A DNA stretch of 64,000 nucleotides, taken from IMG/VR virus record IMGVR_UViG_3300049455_000007, positions 261 through 64,260 of that record; one strand, written 5' to 3'. This document shows positions 26,167 through 35,404 of this stretch, one piece after another. The position numbers were made by a program, and so were the translations under genes. Each line of letters starts with the position of its first letter. Position 1 is the first letter of the stretch. A model generated the notes under the pieces. That model saw only the letters and a list, made by a program, of their open reading frames with translations. It was not told the origin of the DNA and made no database searches. The stretch comes from a virus (taxonomy: Duplodnaviria; Caudoviricetes).

Positions 26167-28445
26167 TCCGCACAGACCGCTTTACGGTTGACGTAGACAC
26201 CTTCGCCGCAGACCGGAGGAACATCCTCGAACGCTCCGACGCCCGGTTCGCCGGTCCCGTCCGCACATCCCTGATCCGGCTGGGCCTGCCCCGCTGGGAC
26301 GAGAACATCATCTCGATGGCGCTGGACATTTTCGACGAGACGGCCCGTTCCGAAATCGACCAGTGGAACCCGATCATCGACGACATGCGCGATGAGTTCA
26401 AGCGGGAACTTGGTGCGGCCCTCGCCAAGACGAAGGCTGCCCCGCCAGAGCAGTTCGACGTGCAGGTCGAGCGCATGACGAAGTGGCTCTCCACCTACTC
26501 CGTGAACGCCGGGACCGAAGCGGCAACCACCTCCGATACCGAAACGCACGTCGGGCTGGAGTGGGTCACGATGGACGACTCGCACGTACGTGATACGCAT
26601 AGAGAGGCCAGAGGCGAGACAGTCCCTTCCGGTCAGCCGTTTGAGGTCGGCGGGTTTGAACTGCTTTATCCGGGTCAACCAGTAGGACCCCCAGAAATCT
26701 GGATCAACTGTAGATGTGTTGCTCGTCCGGCCATGCTGGAAGGATTCAAGGTGAAAACCACAGAGTTCACATCAGAGGAGCAGCAGACGGTCGACCGTCT
26801 GCCGGAAGATTCACCAGATTCACCAGATTCACCGGGATTCACCTCGGTCACCGCCGCTGTAGAACCTGCGCCGGTGGTCCCTGCACCGATGATGCCAGTG
26901 GAGCAGAAGAAGGAACCCGTGCCTTGGTACGGTGTGCTCGCCCCGGAGGGCACCCCCTCCGGGGACGGGAGGCAGTTCGACGTGAACGGCCTGACCCACC
27001 GTGATCTGCCACTGCCACTGAAGGCGATGTTCGTGGACGACGATGGCCACAAGGGTTCAGTCATCGTGGGCCGCATCGACAACATCTTCCGCGACGGTGG
27101 CCTCGTCAAGGGTGAAGGTGTCTTTGATGACTCCGCGTTAGCCGCCGAGACGGTCCGCATGCTGGCCGAAGGCATGTGGCGCGGAGTGTCCGTGGACATC
27201 GACGACATGCAGGCCACGCTTTCCGAGGATGGGTCGGTATCGTCTGCCAGTGGGCGCATCTGTGCAGCTACCATCTGCGCCATCCCTGCCTTCGCGGAAG
27301 CATTCGTCGGGCTGGGCCGCTGGGCTGACGTTCGGCAGACGGTCGACCAACTGCCCGGGGAGGATGTTTCACGTGAAACATCCTTCGCGTCAGAGGGGTC
27401 ATGGGATGGGAGCGCCTCCCGGTTCTCCAACGAACAGTGGAAGAAGTCCTGCATCCTGCACGTCTGCGATGGTCCTGAAAAGTCGTGCCATAAACTGCCC
27501 ATCCGCGAGCCGGGCGGGGCACTCTCCCGCGCCGGGGTGCACGCCGCTGCCGGACGGATCGGTCAGGCACACGGAACCCCCGAGCAGATCGCTGCCGCTA
27601 AGTCGAAGCTGCGCGGTGCGTACAAGGAACTGGGCGAAACACCGCCGGACAGCCTGACGGCTGCACACACAGGAGAGATGATGACACTCACAGCAGCAGT
27701 CGAAGCCCCGGTCCTTCCCGCCGACTGGTTCAAGGACCCGGCCCTGCCCGGTCCCACCCCGTTCACAGTCACGGACGACGGGCGCGTGTACGGGCACGTT
27801 GCCACATGGGAGGCGTGCCACATCGGCCAGCCCATGACTGAGACCGAGTGCACCACCGCGCCGCACTCCGAGACAAACTACGCATACTTCCTCACCGGGG
27901 AAGTGCAGACCGATGTCGGCCCGGTCAACGTCGGCCAGATCACCATGGGTGGCGGGCACGCCAGCGACCGCATGGGGGTCCGGGCTGCGACCAGCCACTA
28001 CGATTCCACCTCCAGCGCCGTCGCGGACGTGACTGCCGGGGAGGACGAGTACGGTATCTGGGTCGCCGGGGCGCTGCGCTCCAGTGTCTCGGATGAGGAA
28101 ATTCATGCCCTGCGTGCCGCCGCGATTTCCGGAGACTGGCGTCGGGTGGCGATCGGCCGGGAAGGGAATCTGGAGATGGTCGCGGCGCTGGCCGTCAACG
28201 TCCCGGGCTTCCCGATCCCGCGCCCGTCCATGCTGGTTGCTTCCGGCGGCGAGGCGATGTCACTGGTGGCGGCTTCGATCCCGCTGGCGGAAGGGCAGGA
28301 CACGGGGGATAGCATTGAGATTCCGTCGACTCCGGCGGAGAAGTTCAACGCAGCGCGTGCCAAGTTCCGGCACCTTCAGGTTGCGCGGGCGAAGACAGCG
28401 TTTGTCGTGGATGAACAGGTACTGACGAGTGTGGGCGGAGAGTAG
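26163..28445 (+). CDS. MuF-like / capsid maturation protease fusion
   Basis: MuF motif WVTMDDSHVRDTH...INCRC; protease region GVLAPEG..SGDGR...GVSVD; extra C-terminal domains. Confidence 0.85.
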   Translation: MIRTDRFTVDVDTFAADRRNILERSDARFAGPVRTSLIRLGLPRWDENIISMALDIFDETARSEIDQWNPIIDDMRDEFKRELGAALAKTKAAPPEQFDVQVERMTKWLSTYSVNAGTEAATTSDTETHVGLEWVTMDDSHVRDTHREARGETVPSGQPFEVGGFELLYPGQPVGPPEIWINCRCVARPAMLEGFKVKTTEFTSEEQQTVDRLPEDSPDSPDSPGFTSVTAAVEPAPVVPAPMMPVEQKKEPVPWYGVLAPEGTPSGDGRQFDVNGLTHRDLPLPLKAMFVDDDGHKGSVIVGRIDNIFRDGGLVKGEGVFDDSALAAETVRMLAEGMWRGVSVDIDDMQATLSEDGSVSSASGRICAATICAIPAFAEAFVGLGRWADVRQTVDQLPGEDVSRETSFASEGSWDGSASRFSNEQWKKSCILHVCDGPEKSCHKLPIREPGGALSRAGVHAAAGRIGQAHGTPEQIAAAKSKLRGAYKELGETPPDSLTAAHTGEMMTLTAAVEAPVLPADWFKDPALPGPTPFTVTDDGRVYGHVATWEACHIGQPMTETECTTAPHSETNYAYFLTGEVQTDVGPVNVGQITMGGGHASDRMGVRAATSHYDSTSSAVADVTAGEDEYGIWVAGALRSSVSDEEIHALRAAAISGDWRRVAIGREGNLEMVAALAVNVPGFPIPRPSMLVASGGEAMSLVAASIPLAEGQDTGDSIEIPSTPAEKFNAARAKFRHLQVARAKTAFVVDEQVLTSVGGE
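26784..26801. promoter_or_regulatory. 18-bp palindrome family copy 16
   Basis: Perfect CAGACGGTCGACCGTCTG in MuF-protease linker. Confidence 0.8.
26808..26843 (+). repeat. 9-bp tandem repeat GATTCACC(A/G) x4
   Basis: Encodes DSPDSPDSPG linker directly after palindrome copy 16. Confidence 0.7.
27336..27353. promoter_or_regulatory. 18-bp palindrome family copy 17
   Basis: CAGACGGTCGACCAACTG, 11 bp from parS. Confidence 0.8.
27365..27380. promoter_or_regulatory. parS: perfect bacterial parS site
   Basis: TGTTTCACGTGAAACA, within 24-bp perfect palindrome 27361-27384; reads DVSRETS in protein. Confidence 0.85.
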
Positions 28446-28447
28446 CA

Positions 28448-28594
28448 ATGGGATGCAACTGTGGATCGCAGAAGGCTGGCAAGGTCACGTTCAAGGTGAC
28501 GCACGCCGACGGCAGCACCAAGGTCGTCAATTCCGAAGTTGAAGCCAAGGCGTCGGTTGCACGCCGCGGTGGGGGCTACGTCAAGCAGGGCTAA
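28448..28594 (+). CDS. small MGCNCG-type protein (48 aa)
   Basis: Manual ORF MGCNCGSQKAGKVTFKVTHADG... Confidence 0.7.
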   Translation: MGCNCGSQKAGKVTFKVTHADGSTKVVNSEVEAKASVARRGGGYVKQG

Positions 28595-28633
28595 CAGGAA
28601 CACGCCGTCCGTATTGTGGACGGCGTGTTCCTG
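28595..28633 (+). terminator. 16-bp stem hairpin before capsid operon
   Basis: CAGGAACACGCCGTCC/GGACGGCGTGTTCCTG. Confidence 0.65.
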
Positions 28634-28741
28634 TAGCGTCTAGGATTTGTCCCAGCAGGACACTCCCCTTATGGCCGTAGGCCGTGTGTCGAATTTTGTT
28701 GTACCCCCACACGTAACTGCGTCCCATAAGGAGAAGCCATC

Positions 28742-30400
28742 ATGGGTGCCTTTGTAATCCCAACGGACATCGAGTCGCTTGATTCCGACGCCCTCGTTGA
28801 AGCCGTAGACGGCGCATTCGCCGCAGGCCGCGCACTTTCCGCGCTCCCTGACGAGCAGATCACCGACGAGCAGGCCGTCGAACTCGACGCCCTCTATGAG
28901 TTCCACACCGCAGCTTCCACCGTTCTCGCCGCGCGTCAGAGCGCCGCCGAGGAACGGGCTAACCGCCTTTCCGCCTCCCGCTCCGCCTTCGCCGAGTCCG
29001 CTGTAGAGGACGAAGTGGTTGAGGAAGAGGAGGAAGCCCCGGTAGAAGAGGAGGAAGCCACGGCCCCGACTCCAGTCAAGGACACCGCAAGTGCCCGTCG
29101 CTCCTTCGCTTCCCGCGCCGCACGCGCCACCCCGCCTGCGCAGAAGAAGGTCGCGGTCCACACCGCGCCCAGCGCCTCGCTGACCGCCGCCGCGGACGTG
29201 CCGTCATTCTCCGCCGGGCAGAAGTTCGACAACCTCAATGAGGCCGCCAAGGCCATCGGCGTGTCACTGAACAACCTGCCCAAGAACGCCCCCAAGGGGA
29301 CCTTCAGCCGCAACGGCGCAGTGGTTATCACCCTGCCGGAGAATAAGTTCAACCAGAACGAGTACCGCGGCCGGGACTCCGAGATGCTCCTTGACGCGGC
29401 CAAGGAGTCCCGCCTTGAAGGCGGCTCGCTCGTCGCGGCCGGTGGCTGGGGTGCGCCCTCGGAAATCATCATGGACTTCTGCTCCGGCGAAACCACGGAC
29501 GGGCTGATCAGCCTTCCCGAGGTCACCATCACCCGCGGTGGTGTCCAGTACACCAAGGGTCCGACCTTCGCTGACGTGATGGCTGCGACCACCGGCTTCT
29601 GGGACATGACCGAAGCCACCGCCGAGGCGGGCACCGAACAGAAAACCTCGCTGCGCCCGGAGATCCCGGACTTCGTCGAGAAGCGCCTCGACGCAGTCGG
29701 CGTCATGATCGAGTCCGGCCTGCTGCTCCGTCAGGGCTGGCCGGAAGTCATCGCCCGCTACGCCGAACTGGCCCTCGTCGTGCACCAGTACAAGATGCAC
29801 GCCAAGACGATCAACCAGATTCTCGCCTTCACCGGCGCGGCCGTCCCCGTTCCGAACGGTTTCGGCAACGCCGTGGACGTACTGAACGTCCTCGACGTGG
29901 TCGCCTACGGCGAGCGCCAGCGCACCGCGCTGGCCGAGAACGCCACCCTCGAAGTGGTGCTTCCCCGCTGGGTGAAGGGCGTCCTGAAGGCCGACCTCGC
30001 TAACCGCATGGGCGCGGACATCGAGTTCTTCAACATCACGGACGCACAGATTGATGCTTGGCTCGCCGCCCGGGGCCTCCGGGTGCAGTGGCTGGCCTAC
30101 TGGCAGAACTTGGACACGGACACGGACGGGATTGCCACCAAGTACCCGGCCACCGTCGAGGCGATCATGTACCCGGCCGGTACGTACGTCCGTGGCACCT
30201 CCCCTGTCATCACGCTGGACACCGTGTACGACTCCGTGAACCTGAAGAACAACGACTACGTGCACCTCTTCACCGAGCAGGGCACCGTCGTGACCAATCC
30301 GTGCTACACCGGACGCCGCATCTCGCTCCCGCTTGTTGCCAACGGACGTACGGGTGCTGCTGACCTCACCGGCGGCCTCTTCGTTGACCCCACCCCGTAA
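28742..30400 (+). CDS. major capsid (hexamer) protein with N-terminal scaffold region
   Basis: Acidic coiled-coil N-terminus, SLVAAGGWGAPSEIIMDFC, RGGVQY; position. Confidence 0.85.
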   Translation: MGAFVIPTDIESLDSDALVEAVDGAFAAGRALSALPDEQITDEQAVELDALYEFHTAASTVLAARQSAAEERANRLSASRSAFAESAVEDEVVEEEEEAPVEEEEATAPTPVKDTASARRSFASRAARATPPAQKKVAVHTAPSASLTAAADVPSFSAGQKFDNLNEAAKAIGVSLNNLPKNAPKGTFSRNGAVVITLPENKFNQNEYRGRDSEMLLDAAKESRLEGGSLVAAGGWGAPSEIIMDFCSGETTDGLISLPEVTITRGGVQYTKGPTFADVMAATTGFWDMTEATAEAGTEQKTSLRPEIPDFVEKRLDAVGVMIESGLLLRQGWPEVIARYAELALVVHQYKMHAKTINQILAFTGAAVPVPNGFGNAVDVLNVLDVVAYGERQRTALAENATLEVVLPRWVKGVLKADLANRMGADIEFFNITDAQIDAWLAARGLRVQWLAYWQNLDTDTDGIATKYPATVEAIMYPAGTYVRGTSPVITLDTVYDSVNLKNNDYVHLFTEQGTVVTNPCYTGRRISLPLVANGRTGAADLTGGLFVDPTP

Positions 30401-30412
30401 GGAACTGATGAC

Positions 30413-30445
30413 TGAGGGGGACGGTGCGGCCCACCGCCCCCCTCA
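30413..30445 (+). terminator. hairpin after major capsid gene
   Basis: TGAGGGGG..CGGTG/CACCG..CCCCCTCA. Confidence 0.55.
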
Positions 30446-30474
30446 ATCCAGAACCTTCGGAAAGGGGGTAGGCC

Positions 30475-31224
30475 ATGACAGCACGGTTCGCAATTGACGC
30501 ACCGGTACGCGAAAGCATCCGGGGCGGTCTGTTGTCCGTGGCGCGGGTAATCGACGCGCCAAAAGAGGCCCTGTACGTCGGGGTGAAGTACCTGCGGGGG
30601 GATAACACTCCCCCGGTGCCGGTCCCGGATATTGGCGAGGATAAAGAGTTCGCCATCTTCGAGGACGCGGTTGAGGCGGAACCGTTCACGCTCTACAAGG
30701 GTGTGGATTACGCGATGCTGCTCGGTGCCCAGACGGACGTTGCGGGGCATTTCACAGCCGGGGAAAGCTACGGCGTCGAAAAGGCACTGCAGGCCGGTGT
30801 GCTGAACGATCAGGCAACGGACCTTACGCCGACCGCGGGGACTCCGGTCACCAACATCAAGTACGCAATCGGGCTGCTGGAGCAGTACGCCGCCGATAGC
30901 TACGTGGGACTGCCCATACTGCACGGCAACAGGCAAGCGGTGGCCCTGATGGGCCAGTACGTGACCGACACCGGCGGCTTCAAGTTGTTCACCAAGCAGG
31001 GCACGCCCATTGCCAATGGCGGAGGGTACGGTCCTGACGGGCCGGACACCGCAGGCGCTGGCGAGGCGTGGCTGTACATCACTGGCGGGATCACGATCCT
31101 TCGTGGACCGCTGGACGTGTACCCGGCGCACAACCTGAAGAGCAACCGAAACCTCGCACTGGCGGAACGTACCTACGTTCCCGTTGTGGACAGTTTCGTT
31201 GCGGCGATCCTCGTCGGAATCTAA
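30475..31224 (+). CDS. major capsid pentamer protein (probable)
   Basis: Follows hexamer gene; GGLLSVA, PFTLY, TxxGTPIANGGGY, ERTYV pattern. Confidence 0.7.
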   Translation: MTARFAIDAPVRESIRGGLLSVARVIDAPKEALYVGVKYLRGDNTPPVPVPDIGEDKEFAIFEDAVEAEPFTLYKGVDYAMLLGAQTDVAGHFTAGESYGVEKALQAGVLNDQATDLTPTAGTPVTNIKYAIGLLEQYAADSYVGLPILHGNRQAVALMGQYVTDTGGFKLFTKQGTPIANGGGYGPDGPDTAGAGEAWLYITGGITILRGPLDVYPAHNLKSNRNLALAERTYVPVVDSFVAAILVGI

Positions 31225-31236
31225 GGAGAAGATCAC

Positions 31237-31578
31237 ATGACAACGAAAATCAAATTGGCTGACGACGAGTCCCACGTTGAGGGCCGCTCGGCTGCCAAGG
31301 CAAAGGAACTGCTGGAGAAGGCCAAGCTCCTTGGCCTTGAAGGCCGGATCAGTACCACCGGCTTCGGCTACATCGTCCCCACCGCAATTCTTGGCGAGGG
31401 CGCTGCACAGACGGAAGGCGAAGGCTCCTCCGAGGAGTTTGACCCATTCACAGCATCCGTTAACGAGGTCAAGGAACGCCTCGCGAATGCAGATGACATC
31501 GAGCGGGAGCGCGTGCTCGCCGCTGAACGAGACGGCAAGGCCCGCAAGGGTATCCTCGCCGACACCGAGGGAGAGTAA
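31237..31578 (+). CDS. head-associated hypothetical protein
   Basis: C-terminal EVKERL...ERERVLAAERDGKARKGIL module. Confidence 0.7.
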   Translation: MTTKIKLADDESHVEGRSAAKAKELLEKAKLLGLEGRISTTGFGYIVPTAILGEGAAQTEGEGSSEEFDPFTASVNEVKERLANADDIERERVLAAERDGKARKGILADTEGE

Positions 31579-31582
31579 GTAA

Positions 31583-32476
31583 ATGGGAAAGTCGAAGAAC
31601 ACTTCGTACCTCCGCGGTCGTCGGATGCGGGCAACCGTCCTCGACGCCGCTGGCATGCCCGTCTTTGGTGATGACGCTGTCGTCACCACGAAGGGCTACA
31701 TCACCGTGGCGTACGTCACCAACTCCCAAACCAAGGGCGACGCGATCAACGTCACCAATGCCTCCGGGGAATCCTGCATCAGCGAAGCCGCAACCCCCAC
31801 GGTGAGCGGATACACGGTGGAGGCCACGTTCTGCGAGGTCGACTACCGGCTGTTCGAGATTCTCACCGGCCAGCGCGTGCTGCTGGACGACAACAGCGTG
31901 GCCATTGGCATCGCCGAGTCCGTCGATGTCGACCTTGCAACGGTGAACTTCGCGCTGGAACTGTGGCTCGGCTCCAAGGACGCGGGCGTGTACGGCTACG
32001 TGCTCACCCCGTTCCTGCGCGGCGGGATCATCGGCGACGTGTCGGTGGATAACGCCGCCATCACCTTTAAGATCAGCGGCATGACCACCCGCAGCGGCTC
32101 GGCATGGGGTAAAGGCCCCTACGCGGTGCAGACTGTCAGCGGCGTCCCGGCTGTCCTGAAGGACGCGGTCACCGCGCACGAGCACCGGCGCTGGCTGTCT
32201 GTGGATGTTGCGCCTCCGGCCGTCTTTGAAGGCAGCACCCCGCTGCTGGACCCGGCGGACCCGGCGGTCACCAACCTCACCACGACCCCGACCGGACTCT
32301 CCGTGCTCATCGCTCCGGTGCCTTCCGGCACCGATCCGATCATGTACGAGTTCGGCGACGGCACATGGGACTACGCAGCGACTGGCACATACACCCATGT
32401 GTACCCGGCTGCCGGAACGTACACGATCACCGCGCGCCGCGGCCTCTCCACGTACTCGGAGCCGGTCACGGTCTAG
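31583..32476 (+). CDS. major tail protein with C-terminal PKD/Ig-like domain
   Basis: RGRRMRATVLD..G; C-terminal YEFGDG..HVYPAAGTYTIT. Confidence 0.85.
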   Translation: MGKSKNTSYLRGRRMRATVLDAAGMPVFGDDAVVTTKGYITVAYVTNSQTKGDAINVTNASGESCISEAATPTVSGYTVEATFCEVDYRLFEILTGQRVLLDDNSVAIGIAESVDVDLATVNFALELWLGSKDAGVYGYVLTPFLRGGIIGDVSVDNAAITFKISGMTTRSGSAWGKGPYAVQTVSGVPAVLKDAVTAHEHRRWLSVDVAPPAVFEGSTPLLDPADPAVTNLTTTPTGLSVLIAPVPSGTDPIMYEFGDGTWDYAATGTYTHVYPAAGTYTITARRGLSTYSEPVTV

Positions 32477-32483
32477 CAAGACG

Positions 32484-32526
32484 GAAATGGTGGGTGTGCT
32501 GTCCGGGGCGGCACGCCCACCATTTC
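32484..32526 (+). terminator. intrinsic terminator-like hairpin
   Basis: GAAATGGTGGGTGTGC/GCACGCCCACCATTTC then ACTTT. Confidence 0.7.
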
Positions 32527-32555
32527 ACTTTCCGGAACTACCCGAGGGGGCAGGC

Positions 32556-33455
32556 ATGACCACGCTCGCAGAACTACAGGACAGCCTCGACCTCTGGATT
32601 ACACAGGTGCAGGGCCGCTACATCAACGAGGACTGGGAGCCGGTCACCGAGGGCTACGGGGCGCAGTGCTGGGACTTGGCGGCGAACTGGTCCAAGTGGC
32701 TCGGCCTGCCGGTCATAAACACGGGGGGCGGCGGACGCTGGCCCGGATGGGCCGGGAACATGGTCGATTCGTTCCCCCAGTCCCCCGAGGTGGACGCAGC
32801 CTACCAACTCATCAGTCCAGATCAGGATGGCCTCCCCGCTGACATCCCCGTCTGGGGGGACACCTACTGGTGGTACCCAAAGACGCACGTCGCGGTGCTC
32901 GTGCGCGATCCCGGCAGCGGCTGGCTGACTTGCATGTCGCAGAACAGCGTCCCCTCACGCGGCGACAACCCTTACCCCAACTGGACGACCGGCCCCACCA
33001 CGCTTCAGGACCTGCCCAAGGCGGGACTCATCGGTTTCATCAGGCCCCGCACGGGACTCACAACACCGGAGGATGACATGGCAAATGTGCCGCAGGAAGA
33101 ATGGAACGCCGTGAGGGACGCGGCCTACCGCATCAGCGGGGTCATCACCGACCCCCATGCCAAGGTGCTGACCACCGCGGACCTCGGTGCTATCGCCGAC
33201 GCCGTGCTGGACGACGCGACGGACCTGCCCGGTGGCGGCAGCACATCGCCCCGGACCAAGGTGAAGTTCCAGAAGCAGGAGTTCAACGTCCTTGGGGCCA
33301 AGCTCGACGCGCTCGCCGGGGCAATCGCCTCGCTGGCCGCCGCACAGCCCGGGGTCCCACTCACCAAGGACGAAATCCTTGGGCAACTGGACAAGTCCGT
33401 CAAGGACGTACTCGGGGACTACACCCCGGCGTTCGTCAAAACCGATTCCGCGTAG
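32556..33455 (+). CDS. endolysin (CHAP-type peptidoglycan hydrolase)
   Basis: YGAQCWDL (Cys), THVAV (His), SQN; helical C-terminal tail. Confidence 0.8.
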   Translation: MTTLAELQDSLDLWITQVQGRYINEDWEPVTEGYGAQCWDLAANWSKWLGLPVINTGGGGRWPGWAGNMVDSFPQSPEVDAAYQLISPDQDGLPADIPVWGDTYWWYPKTHVAVLVRDPGSGWLTCMSQNSVPSRGDNPYPNWTTGPTTLQDLPKAGLIGFIRPRTGLTTPEDDMANVPQEEWNAVRDAAYRISGVITDPHAKVLTTADLGAIADAVLDDATDLPGGGSTSPRTKVKFQKQEFNVLGAKLDALAGAIASLAAAQPGVPLTKDEILGQLDKSVKDVLGDYTPAFVKTDSA

Positions 33456-33466
33456 AGCCGCATAGT

Positions 33467-33506
33467 GAAAACCGCAACACTGGTGGCAGTCGCCGTTGCG
33501 GCTTTC
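33467..33506 (+). terminator. hairpin after endolysin
   Basis: GAAAACCGCAAC/GTTGCGGCTTTC. Confidence 0.55.
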
Positions 33507-33601
33507 TTCGCGGTTGGGAGCTTAGCGTTGATGATGATGCTAATGATTCAGGCGTCTGGGGTCCTGCTGGAGTTGCTCGCACGCATGATGGAGGAAATAC
33601 G

Positions 33602-34345
33602 ATGATCTGGCCCATTCTCTGGCCCGGCGGCGAAGCACCAGAAGGTGCCGACCCGGACATGGTTGCCCGCGCCGAAATCCTCGCCGCACAGACACTGCGT
33701 CTGCTCACCCTGAACCGCGTGGGCGGGGAGTCGATCACGGTCATGCCGCGCGCGAAGACCTGCCGTGCCCCGCGCTTCAGCACCACCCTGTTCTGGCACC
33801 CGATCATGCTGATGGACATGTGGGATTCGGGGATGTACGGGAACTGCTTCTGCGCCTCGGACTGCTTCTGCCCCACGGCACCCACCGTGCTCCTCACCGG
33901 TCCGGTCGGGCGGATCGACGAAGTGAAGGTTGACGGCGTGGCTCTGCCCGACACCGCCTACTACGTGAAGGACGGCAACCATCTTGTCCGCACCGACGGG
34001 AAGCGCTGGCCCGCGTGCTCCGGTACGAACTTCACCGTAACGTACCTGAACGGCCACGAGGTTGACGAACTGGGCCAGTACGTCGGCGGCCTGCTCGCCA
34101 CCGAGTACCTCATGGCGATGACCTCCACGAAGAACTGCCGCCTGCCTGCGAACGTCACTACCGTGACCCGGCAGGGCATTTCAATGATCCTCTCCACCGG
34201 TATGTTCCCCGACGGGACCACCGGCATCAAGGAAGTGGACGCGTACCTGATGCAATGGAACCCGTACGGGCTGCGCACCCGGCCCGAGGTCTACTCCCCC
34301 GACCTTCCCCGCCCGTCTGTCATCACATGGAAGGCGACGCCGTGA
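33602..34345 (+). CDS. head-to-tail adaptor
   Basis: RLPANVTTVTRQGISM...TGIKEVDAYLMQWNPYGL; RBS GGAGG. Confidence 0.8.
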   Translation: MIWPILWPGGEAPEGADPDMVARAEILAAQTLRLLTLNRVGGESITVMPRAKTCRAPRFSTTLFWHPIMLMDMWDSGMYGNCFCASDCFCPTAPTVLLTGPVGRIDEVKVDGVALPDTAYYVKDGNHLVRTDGKRWPACSGTNFTVTYLNGHEVDELGQYVGGLLATEYLMAMTSTKNCRLPANVTTVTRQGISMILSTGMFPDGTTGIKEVDAYLMQWNPYGLRTRPEVYSPDLPRPSVITWKATP

Positions 34346-34848
34346 TGACACTGCGGGAAATGATTGCGATCCTGCTGGAGGAACTGTCCTCCGCGCTGGA
34401 TGATGCGGACATGCTGGAGTCGATGTGCACCGTCACCGCGTTCCCCGGCACCGCGGTTCCCGTGGACTACGTCGGCGTGGATGCGTCGTGCGGTTCCATG
34501 GCATGGGTCCGGCACGTCACCTCCTACCCGACCGTGCGCTTCCCGAATGCGGACGCGTCACTGGAGAACTGCCACTCCACACTGGCGCACATCCTCGAAG
34601 TCGGCATGCTGCGGCGCTCCCCGATCCCCGAATCGGACGGCAAGTCCGTGGAACTGCCCGACGATCTGGAGCACCTCAACTCCGCCTTTGACCTCGCCGA
34701 CGACATGGTCCTGATGAAGCGCGCCATCACCCGCGCTGCGCAGAGCATCGCCTTCGTCATCCTTGGCACCTACACCCCGGCCGGTCCCGAGGGCGGGGCC
34801 GTCGGCGGCACATGGAGCTTCACCGTGGGGGATGACGAAGATGCCTGA
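34342..34848 (+). CDS. neck/tail terminator-like protein
   Basis: Position between adaptor and tail chaperone; LEVGMLR...GPEGGAVGGTW. Confidence 0.6.
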   Translation: MMTLREMIAILLEELSSALDDADMLESMCTVTAFPGTAVPVDYVGVDASCGSMAWVRHVTSYPTVRFPNADASLENCHSTLAHILEVGMLRRSPIPESDGKSVELPDDLEHLNSAFDLADDMVLMKRAITRAAQSIAFVILGTYTPAGPEGGAVGGTWSFTVGDDEDA

Positions 34849-35335
34849 TCCCATACTGCTGCACATCCACGAGGAGGCCGTCCGGTCGTACATCCAGCCC
34901 GGCGGAGAGGTCAACGACCTGCTGAACAGGCTGGCGAAGGAGGTCAAGCGCTATTCGTACCTGTACATCTTGGGCGGGCACGTCCGCTCCGGGCGTCTGC
35001 TGGGCGGCCTGAACTGGAAGCAGGCATGGTCCACGGGGCCGCTGTCCGCCGTCTCGCGGGCGGGGTCCTCCGCGAAGCACACCGAGTATTTCATGTTCAC
35101 CACCCGACCCGAAATCAAGGCCCACGGGCCGTTCATGCTGGTGCCCAAATACCGGAAGGCGATGCAGGTCTCATCTGCCTCGAAGGGTGCCGGTTCGGAA
35201 CTGTTTGCTGTATGGAACGCCAATGGCCGCAAGAGGGGGAGGGGTTTCTTCCGCGCCCAAGAGGTTCGGGGATACAGGGGCCACCCGTTCCTGCAGGAAG
35301 GTCTTGACGCGGCCTTAGCCAAGGAACGCCTTTAG
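34841..35335 (+). CDS. neck/tail completion protein
   Basis: VRSGRL ... VRGYRGHPFLQEGL, HK97 gp10-like pattern. Confidence 0.55.
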   Translation: MPDPILLHIHEEAVRSYIQPGGEVNDLLNRLAKEVKRYSYLYILGGHVRSGRLLGGLNWKQAWSTGPLSAVSRAGSSAKHTEYFMFTTRPEIKAHGPFMLVPKYRKAMQVSSASKGAGSELFAVWNANGRKRGRGFFRAQEVRGYRGHPFLQEGLDAALAKERL

Positions 35336-35404
35336 CCCCGATAGTCTGGGGCTGTTCGGTCGACCGATACCCAACTAGGAGACAGCAATGCAGGAGACGC
35401 CAGT

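Noticed and set aside
28651-33568. 10-bp complementarity CCAGCAGGAC (28652) / GTCCTGCTGG (about 33556) between two late intergenic regions
   Set aside because: Short GC-rich match with only two instances, compatible with chance.
35353-35370. TGTTCGGTCGACCGATAC as a 25th palindrome copy
   Set aside because: Only the inner 10 bp match and the outer CAG/CTG arms are missing; borderline, left out of the count.
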